A stretch of 57,605 nucleotides of DNA, filler included, from Basidiobolus ranarum (Eukaryota): the NCBI GenBank assembly GCA_040143965.1. It is 3 parts of 3 records of this genome, joined end to end, with 100 filler letters (N's around TTAATTAATTAA, not from the genome) between each part and the next. Parts side by side here need not be neighbours in the genome. Positions count along the whole stretch, not along the records: positions 19,302 to 38,451 come from JASJQH010007132.1; positions 38,552 to 57,605 come from JASJQH010007134.1; 1 more part is not named here. One strand, 5' to 3'. Position numbers and translations under genes: made by a program. Numbering within the stretch: position 1 is the stretch's first letter; each line of letters starts with the position of its first letter. The notes beneath the pieces are model-generated. The model was not told the origin of the DNA, did no database searches, and saw nothing but the letters and a program-made list of their open reading frames with translations. Below are positions 27,901-40,455 of the stretch, one piece after another.

Positions 27901-30777
27901 TCCGGATTATGTCTCCACTTCTTCAAGTGCAAGTTCTAGTAATAGTAGCGGAAACTCTTTCCCTATGTCCAGTCGTGGTTCCAGAATCTTGCTTGTGGAT
28001 GATAATCCCGATATGCGTCGGTACATTAAGGGTCTTCTTAGCAGATGGTGGCAAGTTACTGAAGCTGGTAACGGTGAAGATGCATTTAATTTGGCTATAC
28101 AAAATCCCCCAGATCTCATTATCAGTGACGTCATGATGCCAGTCTTGGATGGTATTGGATTGCTGAAAATCATTAGAACTCATTCCAATACTAAGTTTGT
28201 ACCTGTAATCTTACTAAGTGCTAAAGCTGGAGAGGAAGCCAAATTGGAAGGGTTGGAAGCTGGCGCAGATGATTTCTTGACCAAACCATTCAGCTCCAAA
28301 GAGCTAGTTGCTCGGGCGCATACGCATTTGGAGTTGGGTAAATTAAGATCCGAGCTAGAGAGAATCGTGAAGGAACGCACCATAAAGTTGAGCGAAAGCG
28401 AGCTTCGCTATAAAGCCTTGGCGAAGTTGTGCCCGGTTGGAATATTCCGTTTGGATCTAAACGTAAGTAGTGGTTAAATATGAACGTATTTCCACAACAC
28501 TCACACATTCCGTAATAACAGGGCCATATAACATACACAAATGATAAATGGTGGGAAATATCTGGTCATGACCAAAGGAAAGACCCGAGCGCATTGAGTT
28601 TCATTTCAAGGTAGTGCACATTTTGCTTAGATGTTGGAAACTATCATTAACTTGCCAACTAGTATTCATCCCGAAGACCGTGAGCGTGCTGCCGAAATGT
28701 TTACGCATTGCATTAAGATGGCACAAGGCTTTTCTATAGAATTCAGATGGAGTTCGGCCACTGGCATCAGGTGGTGCCTAGGTTAGTCTACTGATACATG
28801 ACAATTCATAACTCATGAATGATTCATTAAATGTAATTCAAGGGGAGGTGATTGTGGAATATGACAATCAAGCACAACCTTTCGGCTTTGTAGGTACCCT
28901 TACGGATCTCACAGACAGAAAGAAGTTAGAGAAGGAGCGGTTATCAGCTTTGCAACTCGCTGAAAGGCAGCAACGTCGCCGCGCTGAAGACGCCGAAGAG
29001 ATCAAGAAACAACAAGAGCTGTTTATTGATATGACATGTCATGAATTGCGTAACCCGCTAAACGGGATATATCACAATGCTGATTTCCTTTCTGAAAGTC
29101 TTGAGAAGGTCCAGCGAGATCTACAGGCTGAGAGCACTATTAAAGTCATGAAATGGCTTAATGATGAGATTGAAAACGATCTAGATGCTGTGGCAACAAT
29201 AAGTTTATGCGCACAACATCAAAAGGTACAACAAGTGAAGCTTCACTCATTTCGTCACCAAACTAAAGTTGATTTTACTTGTAGAAAATTGCTGACGATG
29301 TTCTGAACATGTCCAAGATCAACATGAATCTCTTGGTTCTTGTTCGAACAAACCTTCAGCCACACGCTATAGTTACTGACATTCTCCGCATGTTTGAGAC
29401 AGAGGTCAAGCTAAAGAAAATTGGTATGAAATTTATAATTGGGGAAGAGTACTCCAAGATGAACATCAATTGGGTTAAAGGAGATCCCACAAGGCTCTCC
29501 CAAGTCTTGTAAGTTTCATCGTTTATTGTGTCCAGTCAAGCATCTGATTCGTTACTGACATTGTCGTTCCGTTTAGGATCAACTTCTTGACTAATGCCAT
29601 ACGGTTTACTGAGAAGGTTTCATTACGACAAATCACAATTACTCTTGAAGCATTTGAGAGTCCACCTTACTCTTCAATACAATTCGAGAACAATAATAAT
29701 GAAATGGAATTCTCAGATCAGGACACTGACGCAATTTCCATCTGCAGCTCCGTTTCTTCAACCGGAACTGTTCAACACATTCATAACTATACCCCCGTGG
29801 ACCGTAGCAAGCCTCAACAGGATGGATACTTTGATTTAACATCGTCGAATACTGTTTATATAGAAATCTCGATACGAGATAGTGGAGTAGGTATGACGCC
29901 AGAGGAGCAGGCGTCTCTCTTCCGTCGCTTTACACAAGTTAGCCCAAAAACCTATGCCGAATTTGGCGGAAGTGGCCTCGGACTGTTCATCAGTAAAAGG
30001 CTCGTAGAATTGCATGGAGGAAGTATCAAAGTGAGTTCCGTGAAAGGCGACGGGACGACATTTTCCTTTTTCATTCAATGCGAACGACTGAGTGACGAGG
30101 AGACTTTGCAAGCGGAAAAAAAGGCAAAGGATTCTTATGATGAGGACAAAAAGCGATTGACTAAAGAGTTGAGTAAGAAAATAGAGAAAGTGTCGGCTAA
30201 ACAAAGCCTTTCAGTGGAAGGTAAAAAATTGGCTGTAAAAAAGAGTATTTCAGCAAAAAAGTTGAAACCTCAACAAACCCTCTCGATCGAACCTTCAAAA
30301 GACTCTAAAAAGATTCTCGTAGTTGAGGATAACCTCATCAACCAACGTGTATTAAAGCGGCATCTGGAAATGGCACAATATACTGTAGATGTTGCCAAGC
30401 ATGGTCTCGAAGCTCTGGAGATAATGAAAAAGAAAGATTTTGCTTTGATAGTAATGGTAAAGTTCTCCCAGGAATATAACAGACATAGAATTTGTTCAAT
30501 AACACTATTTTATTTCCATTAGGATTTGGAGATGCCAGTTATGGGTGGCCTTGAATGTACTCAACAAATACGTCGACTTGAGACAGAGTCAGGCTCTTCC
30601 GCGGTACCTATTATCGGGGTTTCCGGAAATGCTCGAACCGAATATAAGAAGCTTGCTATTGAAGCTGGAATGACTGCATATATTACGAAGCCCTACAATA
30701 AGAATGAATTACTACAAATGGTTTCATGTTTAGTTGATGCTGGCTCCACTGTGCCAATGGAGATTAGAGCTCAATAA
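24980..30777 (+). CDS. Dual hybrid histidine kinase (PAS/GAF-HisKA-HATPase-REC-PAS-HisKA-HATPase-REC), multi-exon
   Basis: Two H-boxes (SHELRTPL, CHELRNPL), two ATPase G-boxes (DTGSGI..GTGIGL; DSGVGM..GSGLGL), two receivers (LVDDN..ISDVMMP; VVEDN..VMDLEMP). Confidence 0.92.
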
Positions 30778-30987
30778 GCTTGGCTGGGTTGATTTAATTT
30801 TATGCTCACTGCATGTATTTTAGTAAAAATCATCTGGATGTTGTATTGGCCCTCTATTGCTACTCATCTTGTATATCTACCAATTTTGACATTTACCATA
30901 ATGTTAATTATTTAATCTAATAAATATTTCCAAGTGTGAATGTAAAATCTACCAACAAAACAACAGCTATTCTGAACTGCCAGTGTT

Positions 30988-31041
30988 TAAGTTATCAGAA
31001 GAAAGGGTTTAGGGTTAGGTAACCTAAGTTATCAGAAGAAA
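30988..31041. repeat. Telomere-like insert flanked by a 17-bp direct repeat
   Basis: TAAGTTATCAGAAGAAA (30988-31004) GGGTTTAGGGTTAGGTAACC (31005-31024) TAAGTTATCAGAAGAAA (31025-31041). Confidence 0.8.
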
Positions 31042-31376
31042 TATATGATTTACACTTGTTTTCTGATTAAATTGAAAATCAGAATATATACATATACATA
31101 TACATATACAGTGAGTGAGAAAAGTAACAACTGGGATATGATGCTAGGACATTAAGAATACTGATCATTGTTAACATGTTTGATATAGACCATAGTGTTT
31201 TTTATTAGAGTTGCTATGGGCTCGTTGGCATAACAAACTGCAAAAAATGATAGGTACGAGTCACAGCCTGGGGTAAGGAGTATCTTGACTAGTAAGGCGT
31301 CTCTAATTGCACTTGACCGTATTGAGAAAATCCATTTCACTCATCCGTTTCGCTTCAAAGAGCTACAGTGAGAATG

Positions 31377-32738
31377 TTAAATGCGATGGATAGATTTTCC
31401 GTCAACAAAGACTTAAATAATGTTACAGTCATCACCATTGTTGATGAATTTCTCAAATATGGTCTTGACATCATCATGTTGGAATAAATCAATGGGTGAA
31501 TTGCAGGCCAGAGGGTCTACGATTAAAGCGTCAAATTGTTTCCCAACCACAAAGTTTCCAAGAGTATTCTTCATTCCAAGCACATCAGCACCACCGACTG
31601 TGGCAAGGTAAAAGACCTCCGCTAACTTAAGATATTTGTCATCTGGGTGGTCCAAGCTACGTGCGATGGCTCCAAAATAGCCAGTACGAATGGTATTGAG
31701 GATAGAAGTACCATAACCACCTGCCACATCTGTACCTAGACCAATCTTCTGGCCTTCTGCCAGCATCTGACGGACCTTGGCGATACCACCACGAAGGCTG
31801 AAGTTGGAATTTGGGCAATGAGAAATCCCCGCACCCCGCTTTTTGAGCAGCTGGCGCTCAGCATCCGTTGGGTGAACCACGTGAGCCATGATAGTACGAT
31901 TTGTCAGTAAACCGTTGACATCGTATACAGATGTGTAGTCAGGTTGGTCTGGGTGAAGTTACTTTACCCAGGCAATTTCATCAAGATTCTCATCAAGATG
32001 GGATTGAATTGGAAGGTTGTATTTGGCAGCGATCTTACCAAGACCTTTCATCAGCTCAGTCGTGCAGGATGGAACAAACAGAGGGGTAACTATAGGAATA
32101 ACCCGAGAATTGTTTTTACCCAAGACGTATTGAATGAAGGACTCTGTATCTTTCAAACTCTGAGCAGTAGTTTCGATGTAGAAATCCAATGAGTTACGAT
32201 CCATGTTGACTTTTGTGCTGTCCCTTTTTCTCCACAGTATCTGCCAGTATCTTTGAGGATTCCAAGTAAATGGTAGCATAATAACTGGCTGTGGTAGTGC
32301 CACCTTGCACCAAACGGTCTACAACCTTGTTGTAGGCATTCCTAGCGTAGTTTGTATCGTTAAAGCGAGCCTCACGGGGAAATGAGTACGTATTGAGCCA
32401 GTCAAGCAACTGCAGATCCATACCAGAGCCAGTAAAGACATATATGTGGAGCGTGAATATGAGTGTCGATCAATCCAGGTATGAGAAACCTCTGTTTACC
32501 TAACGAAGTGAGACTCACTCTATATTTAGCAGCTATCTGTGAAGCTTATGTTTCACTTGCATTAGTTTCAACTTGGACTATCTTTCCAGTCTTATCTACG
32601 ATTATCTACGATGCCATTAGTGGCATACTCCAGGTTAGTTACATTCACAGAATGAACAAAGCTTCCGTAGAACACATTGTGAGCCAATATATTACTGGCA
32701 AAAGCGGCGGAGATGAGAGCAAGTGAGTAAAGACGCAT
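31377..32738 (-). pseudogene. Guanine deaminase pseudogene (apparently intronless) with signal-peptide-like N-terminus
   Basis: PGLIDTHIHAP, LLDWLNTYSFP, GTTTASYYAT, KVNMDRN, IQSHLDEN, MAHVVH, ISHCPNSN, GLGTDVAGG, GKQFDALIVD; stops at 32546, 31959 and 31413; frameshifts near 32600, 32443 and 32215. Confidence 0.9.
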
Positions 32739-34177
32739 AATTGGAGAGATTGTAATCTAAATGGACTACTGTTGCGATGTTAATGCACTGCGCGGTTATC
32801 ACTATTTATATGTTCCAACTTTCTTGAATAAACGCCAGTAAGCAAAGGAGATGAATTGAATAATTCTTAGCCAGAGAGTATGTTTTCTCCCACTTATTTG
32901 CCACAAAAGGCTTAGTGTCAACCATCGTGTGAAACTAAAGCAAATGTGACTAATTCTTGATTGCTTTTTAAATGTCTCCACTCGGGATGGAATTGATATT
33001 ATGCAGTTTCCATGATATAAATGTTCCAATTTCAGCTTAGCTTTCTCCACACTGAGGTTTACGACGTAACCAATTTTCCAGTAGTTAATTAACATTCCGA
33101 TTAAAATCTGGATACGAATCTGGATGTGGATCTCAAAAGTAGGATCAAAGAAACAGTATCCTCTCAAAACTGGGTCACTGCAGAAACTATAAAGGCTGAA
33201 AGTGCTAGAGGCATGTAATAATCGATTAATTGTAATCCTGATGATGCAATTTATACATACTTGTTAATTATCGTGAAAAATAAACATGCATAATACTTTT
33301 ATTATGGTGATTCCTTTTTCATGTATTGCAGGATCATCCCAGTAAAGCGCAGTGTTCCGAAATATAATTTATGTAGCACGAACCAAAGAAACCAAATAAT
33401 GGGAATTAGTTTCCTTTTATGGTTAATAAGTAGAAATCGAATCATTTTAATACATGTTCCATAGCCTAGGTCTTTCAGATAGAACTTCTCTCTTCCCTCA
33501 ACATTTTTAACATGCAAGTTTAACGAGATATTATCACTTAAATCAGATTTTTACTTGGCACTATTTGGGATCTTAACCTCAGAATTTTCTAGTCAATTTC
33601 CGATGGTAGTAACTTACTGAGTTCCTCCGAGATTGTTGGTAGAGGTAACGCCGTATTTCTCTCCGTTAGCCCGAAAGTAAAGAGCTGACAAATTCAACAT
33701 AAGGCTGATGAAAGAAATTTCCCTCTATTCTCACAACGATCGTATTTCTAGTGTAAACAGTACTCTTAAAGTTGTAAATAGTTCTTATCTCTCCAGGATA
33801 AACATGCCATAATTAAGATAGCAATCTCAACAACGACCATAACCATAACAACAGAAAGAAATACTAACCAAAATACACTTCTTGTCATTTCAACAGTAGT
33901 TCAAGTATCGGTTTTCAGCGGAAGAAAGGTAACGTACACCCAAGCAGTCTCCGGCAAGATTTCTAAATTCCATAGCTTAATCTGATTCCTATATGGCATA
34001 TCAATCCAAAAATAGCGCTACGATTCGGTGCTAACAATTCACCGAAGACATATAGCAAGGACATGTGTTGTTGGCGATCATAGAGGATTAATTTTTCCGA
34101 TTGTGAATTTTCTTTGAAAGTCAAATCTATAAAAACCAACCATTTAGTATCCGTTTATTACAAAGATAAATTGAAAA

Positions 34178-36050
34178 ATGACTTCAGATAATCCCTCAAC
34201 AATAGCTGAAAAGGAGCCAAATTCCTTGATTAACAATTTCGACCCTTTGGACTTGATAAAACAAGAGGATTTAGAGAAAAGTGACATGAAATCAGCCTCA
34301 ACGGATGAAGAAAATCTAACCGTAGCATTACCGTTTGCTAAGCTACTACTAGTCTTTCTTGGTCTTGCATTGGCCATTCTATTAGCTGGTCTTGACCAGA
34401 CCATTGTGGCTACAGCTTTGCCAAAGATTGCTTCAGACTTCAACGCATTTAATCAAATTTCTTGGGTAGCTACTGCTTATATGTTGACCGCCACAGCCTG
34501 TCAGCCCCTCTATGGAAAGGTGAGTTTGTGTATTTATCAAATCTTGTACAGTATGTGGCTCTAACATTGGATTTAGTTCTCCGATATCTTTGGCCGTAAA
34601 GCAGCTTTCCTATTTGCTATTATCGTTTTTGAAGTTGGTAGTGCCTTGTGCGGATCTTCTCAAAACATGACTATGCTAATTGTAGCTAGAGCAGTGGCTG
34701 GAATCGGTGGTGGTGGCAGTTAGTATTTATTGATGAAACCTCGTCTGTTTCTCGAAATTAACTCAATCTCTTTTAGTTCAAGGAATGGTGTTTATCATCA
34801 TCTCAGAGATCGTGCCAATCCGAGAACGTGGAAAATATCAAGGGCTCATTGGTGCTACAGTAAGTGACTTAATACGTGCTACGTAATGCGATGTTGATTG
34901 CTAATTATTTCCTTTTCTTCAGTATGGTATCTCCTCTGTTCTTGGTCCTCTTTTAGGTGGCATCTTCACTGATGACATTACTTGGAGGTGTGTATTCTCG
35001 CTGATATCTTCTTCTTGATCAAAATACTCACAATGTTCTTATAGATGGGCTTTCTATATCAATCTCCCAATTGGTGCTCTCACCGTCATCGTTGTCTTTT
35101 TGTTCCTTCAGCTTCCTACACCTCAGGGCTCTCTAAAGGAGAAGATCAAGAGAATTGACTTTATCGGTACCATACTCCTCCTGGCCTTTATCATCACTCT
35201 TTTACTACCTACCCAATGGGGAGGTAGTACTTACCCTTGGAGCTCTCCAAAGATCATCGCCCTTTATTGCGTGTCAGGACTATTACTGATCGCATTCGTC
35301 TTCGTGGAGTATCGATATGCCGCTGAACCCATTATTCCTTGTCGGTTGTTTGCCATGCGTACACCTTTGTTTACTTTCATCACCATGTTCTTCTTTGGTA
35401 TGGCATTCTTCGGTTTGATCTATTACATTCCATTGTACTTCCAGATTGTTCGTGGAGAATCTGCTACGTCATCAGGACTTGAGATGTTACCCATGATGCT
35501 TTCAGCATCTGCACTCAGTATTATTACCGGACTTATGATCTCCAAAACTGGTATAATCGTGGTTTGGTGTTGGTTTGGATCCATTGTTATGACAGTTGGA
35601 ACCGGTTTGTTAACTATATGGAATGCCAACTCTGGTCGTGGTGATCAGATTGGATTCTTATTAATCTTGGGTATTGGAGCTGGTTGCTGTGTACAAACAT
35701 TGATTTTCGCCGGTCAATCAGCAGTTTCCCCCAAAGATATGGGAGTTGTCACAGCTTTATGTGCTTTCTTCCGATCCATTGGAGGTGTCCTTGGAATCGC
35801 CATTTTTGGGGCTTTATTCAACAATAAGTTGACCAACGGTCTTGGGAATCTGGACCTGGATATTCCTATTAAGGAGGCAACCAATAACTTCAACTTTATT
35901 GACACATTACCCGCTGGTGAAAAAGGAGAAGTCATCGATGTGTACGTTAGCGTCCTTCGTACTCTCTTTATAATCGCCACAGTCATGTCCGGGCTTACTT
36001 TCGTATCCTCCTTGGGCATCAAATATGTCAAGATGCAAAGACACAATTAA
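34178..36050 (+). CDS. MFS drug:H+ antiporter, DHA2 (14-TM) family, multi-exon
   Basis: [72 protein letters not shown]. Confidence 0.92.
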
Positions 36051-37497
36051 TCAACAAAAGTAGTGTCCTATGTAATATATTCCAACCAATAACTGTCCTT
36101 CATCTACAATAAACAAATAGAATTGAGTGATACTTCAATTAATCTAACGCTGATCAACGGTAGGTCATGAAAGATAATAAGTAGTCATGATCGAAATGGT
36201 AGACTTCACCCCTTTACTTACCGTGAATTGATGGCATAATTGAATGCCGCTATAGCATAAACAAGATCTAGGGGAATATGTTTCTGTTCAGAATATGGAA
36301 GAATACTTATTAACCCTATATGGTAATATGATTAGATATCCAGATTCGAATTTTCATTAGCTCTAACTCAACTGCCAAATATTAATAGCAATTCTATTTT
36401 TGAAAGTCTCTTTAGGCTAACCCTAACCCTATTGCTATTCCTCTTTCTTACTCAATTCAATTCCAATCGAAATTTAAATCTCAGAGAGTGGACTATCAAT
36501 CACTTTTCTCGCTATTTGCTTATAGTAGGTTACCAAAGTCATTTGTGGGATTGTTTATTACCAAGAAACGGGCAATGTTATACTATAGAAATGGAAGAGT
36601 TTAGCTAAATTAATTTAGTATATACTAACTACTACCCATTGATCAATTAATATCCAAGAAACCTTATATCATCTAGTATTTCAATATATCTTTAACCGAA
36701 GATATACAAGCACAAGTATTGATTTGTTTAACGTTACCTATATGCAAACAACACCAAAGAGGAGACTTTAATGGCTATGATCAGCAATAAGTTTACGGGC
36801 ACATATAATTGCTTTGTTAAGGATATACCACTAAAAAACCATTATTATAGAAGAGGCACAATAATTACAGAGAGTGCAGCGGTAACTATGATCCCATTAT
36901 GCGAAATATGATTATGTCGAGGGGAGTCAAAGTGATTGAGATATTGTTTAGTGAATGGCTGCGGTGGAGTTAGTTGTTGCGACGAATCGCAATGAATTAA
37001 AATGGACGCGATAGTTTGACCGCTTAAGCGCGAAGTATAAGCCACTACCATGGTTAGCTAAGATCAAAGTAATGAATGAGTTTCCAAAAGATGTCAGTAA
37101 TGGAAGCAGAATTAGAAATAGTGGAGATAATGATGATGCTGGTGTTTACTGTTTGAATTTAGCAAAGTGATTTGTAAAAGGAGATCAATCAATTAAGTGC
37201 ATAAGGTATATGTATACGATTATTGATTGACTCACGTAGCGCATTTACACTGGATTTAATTAGCATATAATCGGTCATAATTGATTTCATCGAACATGAT
37301 CCAAGTCGACTCATTTCTCAACATTTACGACGTGAGAATTAATTCCTAAACTACACTTAGTAGCCTTATCACACTTACTCTACGTTAAAAATATATTCAG
37401 AGTTACCTCCAAACACAGCAAATGAAATAATAAATATGAATATTTATTCATTCTGTAATTTACAATCACTTGGGTATTCTTGAAGTTCAATCTAGTT

Positions 37498-37995
37498 TTA
37501 GTATTTGTCGTAACGTTTGTTTCCACCGTGGCCGTTACCATGTCTTTTGCCATTACCCTCATAATCGTCTCCGTCGTAATCATCACCACCGCCATATTTC
37601 CTTCCTCTTCCTCCACTACGATGATAGTCATCATCCTCGTCATATTCCTCATCATAATTCCCATCACCTCTTCCACCACCGTATTTCTTTCCTCCTCCAT
37701 CGCCGTGTCCATCATATTCATCATCATCATAGTCATCACCATGGCCTCCACCACCACCTCCGTATTTCTTACCTCGTCCATGGCCGTATTTTCCTCCATT
37801 ACTGTCACCATCATATTCGTCGTCATAGTCATCACCACCATCATGACCACCGCCATATTCATGTGCTCTCCCGCCACCACCTCCACCATGGCCTACTCCC
37901 TTATAACCCGGATCGTACGAGCGCTCAAGCACGCTGGCGTTGATGGCAAAGGCTGTGGAGAGAACAAGTAAGAGTTGAGCGACTACGTATTTCAT
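37498..37995 (-). CDS. Secreted Gly/Asp/Tyr/Lys-rich low-complexity protein (165 aa)
   Basis: Signal peptide MKYVVAQLLLVLSTAFA, then repeats of KYGGG and GDDYDDEYD; TATA-like motif ~40 bp upstream. Confidence 0.8.
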   Translation of the reverse strand: MKYVVAQLLLVLSTAFAINASVLERSYDPGYKGVGHGGGGGGRAHEYGGGHDGGDDYDDEYDGDSNGGKYGHGRGKKYGGGGGGHGDDYDDDEYDGHGDGGGKKYGGGRGDGNYDEEYDEDDDYHRSGGRGRKYGGGDDYDGDDYEGNGKRHGNGHGGNKRYDKY

Positions 37996-38368
37996 TGTTG
38001 AGATGATTAATAAATTTTCAGAGAAAGAGGAGTATTATATACTCGACCGAAATAGTGTTCAAATGTAGATACATACTGATCGATGTACTGTTATGCAAGT
38101 CTGTTTAAGTTAAGCACAAACAGCATGTACGATGCAGAATACTAAACGTGGTGATGTGTATTATTTGTTAAAATGTATAACAAATCAATCCCACAATGGC
38201 CGTACAGACACGCTCTACGTATGGTATGATGTACATCAATCTACACTTAATTTGGAATAGGTACATGATTAAAAGCCTTTTCTTGCGATAGTTAGTTGTG
38301 TCCCATAAGTTTAATTAGCAGTATTGTTTGAAGATATATGATGCAAATTAACTCATTAACAATGTCAA

Positions 38369-38451
38369 GTTCCTAGGAACCTCTGACACTTGAAAAAATT
38401 GGACCGATACAGAGCAGATTAGCATGGCCCCTGCACAAGGAGGACACGGAA
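38369..38451 (+). ncRNA. U6: U6 snRNA variant or pseudogene, 3' end lost in gap
   Basis: AAAATTGGACCGATACAGAGCAGATTAGCATGGCCCCTGCACAAGGAGGACACG matches the conserved U6 core except ACAGAGA>ACAGAGC and GGAUGAC>GGAGGAC; possible 5' stem GTTCC-TA-GGAAC. Confidence 0.85.
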
Positions 38452-38551
38452 NNNNNNNNNNNNNNNNNNNNNNNNNNNNNNNNNNNNNNNNNNNNTTAAT
38501 TAATTAANNNNNNNNNNNNNNNNNNNNNNNNNNNNNNNNNNNNNNNNNNNN
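38452..38551. other. Artificial 100-bp contig spacer (TTAATTAATTAA at 38496-38507)
   Basis: Same structure as the spacer at 19202. Confidence 0.95.
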
Positions 38552-40455
38552 GAAATTTGATTTGGATGCTATGTTAACTGGGAGTGGTAGTGAACAAGAC
38601 AATAGTTTCCTCGAACTTGGTGTTATTCGTTGTTTTGAATTTGTTTCCTCTCTTCGTCGTATGAGTGTGATCGTCAAGCGATTCGGCAGTTCTTCTATGG
38701 AAGTTTTTGTAAAAGGTGCACCTGAAGTTATGATTGATATCTGTCAGCCAGAATCGTTACCTCATGATTATCATGAAATCCTCGAACAATATACTCACCA
38801 TGGATATCGTGTAATCGCTTGTGCTGCTAAAACACTCCCCTCCTTGAACTGGTTGAAAGCTCAGAGAATTAAACGTGAACAAGTGGAAGCGGAACTCCAT
38901 TTTATTGGATTCATTATCTTCGAAAACAAGCTCAAGCCCACTACTGCCTCGGTAATAAGCACCCTTGACAACGCTTCTATCCGTCAAATCATGTGTACAG
39001 GCGATAATGTTTTAACTGCAATCAGTGTGTCCAAAGAATGTGGACTGATTCATCCTGAAGCAGAGGTATATGTTCCTCGCTTTACTCAAGGCTCTTCCAT
39101 TACACCTCGTTCAATCATCGCGTGGGAAAATGTAGATGACAAACATAATATCCTTGATGCAGTGACTCTGAAACCAATTGATCGCCGGTCCTTTTCCGAT
39201 TCAATACCGTATAGATCTTCTTCGGGCGAAAACTATGCTTTGGCTATTACTGGCGATGTGTTCCGCTGGATGGTAGACTACGCTCCACCTGAAACCTTCC
39301 AGCGTATGCTTATCAAAGGACAAATCTATGCTAGAATGTCTCCGGATGAGAAGCAAGAGTTAGTCGAGAAGCTTCAGGATATCAACTACTGTGTTGGATT
39401 CTGTGGAGATGGTGCGAACGATTGTGGCGCTTTAAAGGCAGCTGATGTTGGGTTATCCCTATCAGAAGCGGAGGCTTCTGTCGCAGCTCCGTTTACCAGT
39501 CGTTCTACTGATATCACATGTGTTTTGCAAGTGATCAGAGAGGGAAGAGCTGCACTCGTTACCAGCTTTGGATGTTTCAAGTATATGGCATTGTACAGTT
39601 TGATTCAGTTCACTAGTGTTGGGTTGCTTTATGGGTTTGATTCCACACTGGGAGATTTTCAATTTCTATTCATCGATTTATTTGTAATCTTGCCTGTTGC
39701 TGTCTTTATGGCCAGATCTGAGGCTTATCCCAAGATCCATCGCAAGCGTCCTACAGCCAACCTGGTATCTAAGAAGGTTATCACTTCGCTCATAGGACAC
39801 ATAGTCATTCACTCATTGATCCAAATGAGTGTATTTAATTTAGTACAAACGAAATCATGGTAAGTTGAGCTCTAGCCCTAAATCATTACATCCGTCCCAA
39901 TCCTAACCCATCCTTATCCCGCCCATTCCCTTTATAGGTACATTCCTCCATCCGAAATGGAATCCGAAAAAAACATCAGCAACTACGAGAACACAAGCTT
40001 ATTCTTGATATCTTGTTTCCAATATATCCTTACTGCGGTGGTGTTCAACGTTGGACCACCATATCGTCGATCCATGTTTAGCAATCGTGAGTATTGATTA
40101 GTTTGGATTCACTTGTATGACTTTAATTAATTTCGGATGCGGATGTTTAGGTCCTTTCGTGGTTACCATATTCAGTCTGCTCTTTTTCTCCATGTATATT
40201 GTTCTATATCCAAGCGAGTTGATCAGTGATATCCTGGATTTGATCAGCATACCCTTCTCATACCGGATCCAGCTGCTATTCATTGCTTTGATGAACTTTG
40301 TGATTTGCATACTGGCTGAGAAGTACGTGTTCCCCAACCTGGTGCAGTGGATTGTGCATGCATGGCGTCTACGTAGAGGCTCCCCTTATAGACGACTTGC
40401 GAAGGCGCCCAAGAAAATCTATAAGCGAGTAGAAGAAGAGATGAAAGAGTCATAA
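38552..40455 (+). CDS. YPK9: P5B-type ATPase (Ypk9/ATP13A2-like), 5' truncated; last three exons
   Basis: [70 protein letters not shown]. Confidence 0.92.

Noticed and set aside
31377..36050. Guanine deaminase plus MFS transporter as a purine-utilisation cluster
   Set aside because: The MFS protein is a DHA2 efflux type, not a nucleobase permease, and the deaminase is a pseudogene
37380..37971. Hydrophobic and His-rich ORFs overlapping the Gly/Asp/Tyr gene
   Set aside because: Frame and antisense artefacts of the GGT/GAT/TAT-rich repeat; only the 37498-37995 frame has a signal peptide and upstream TATA
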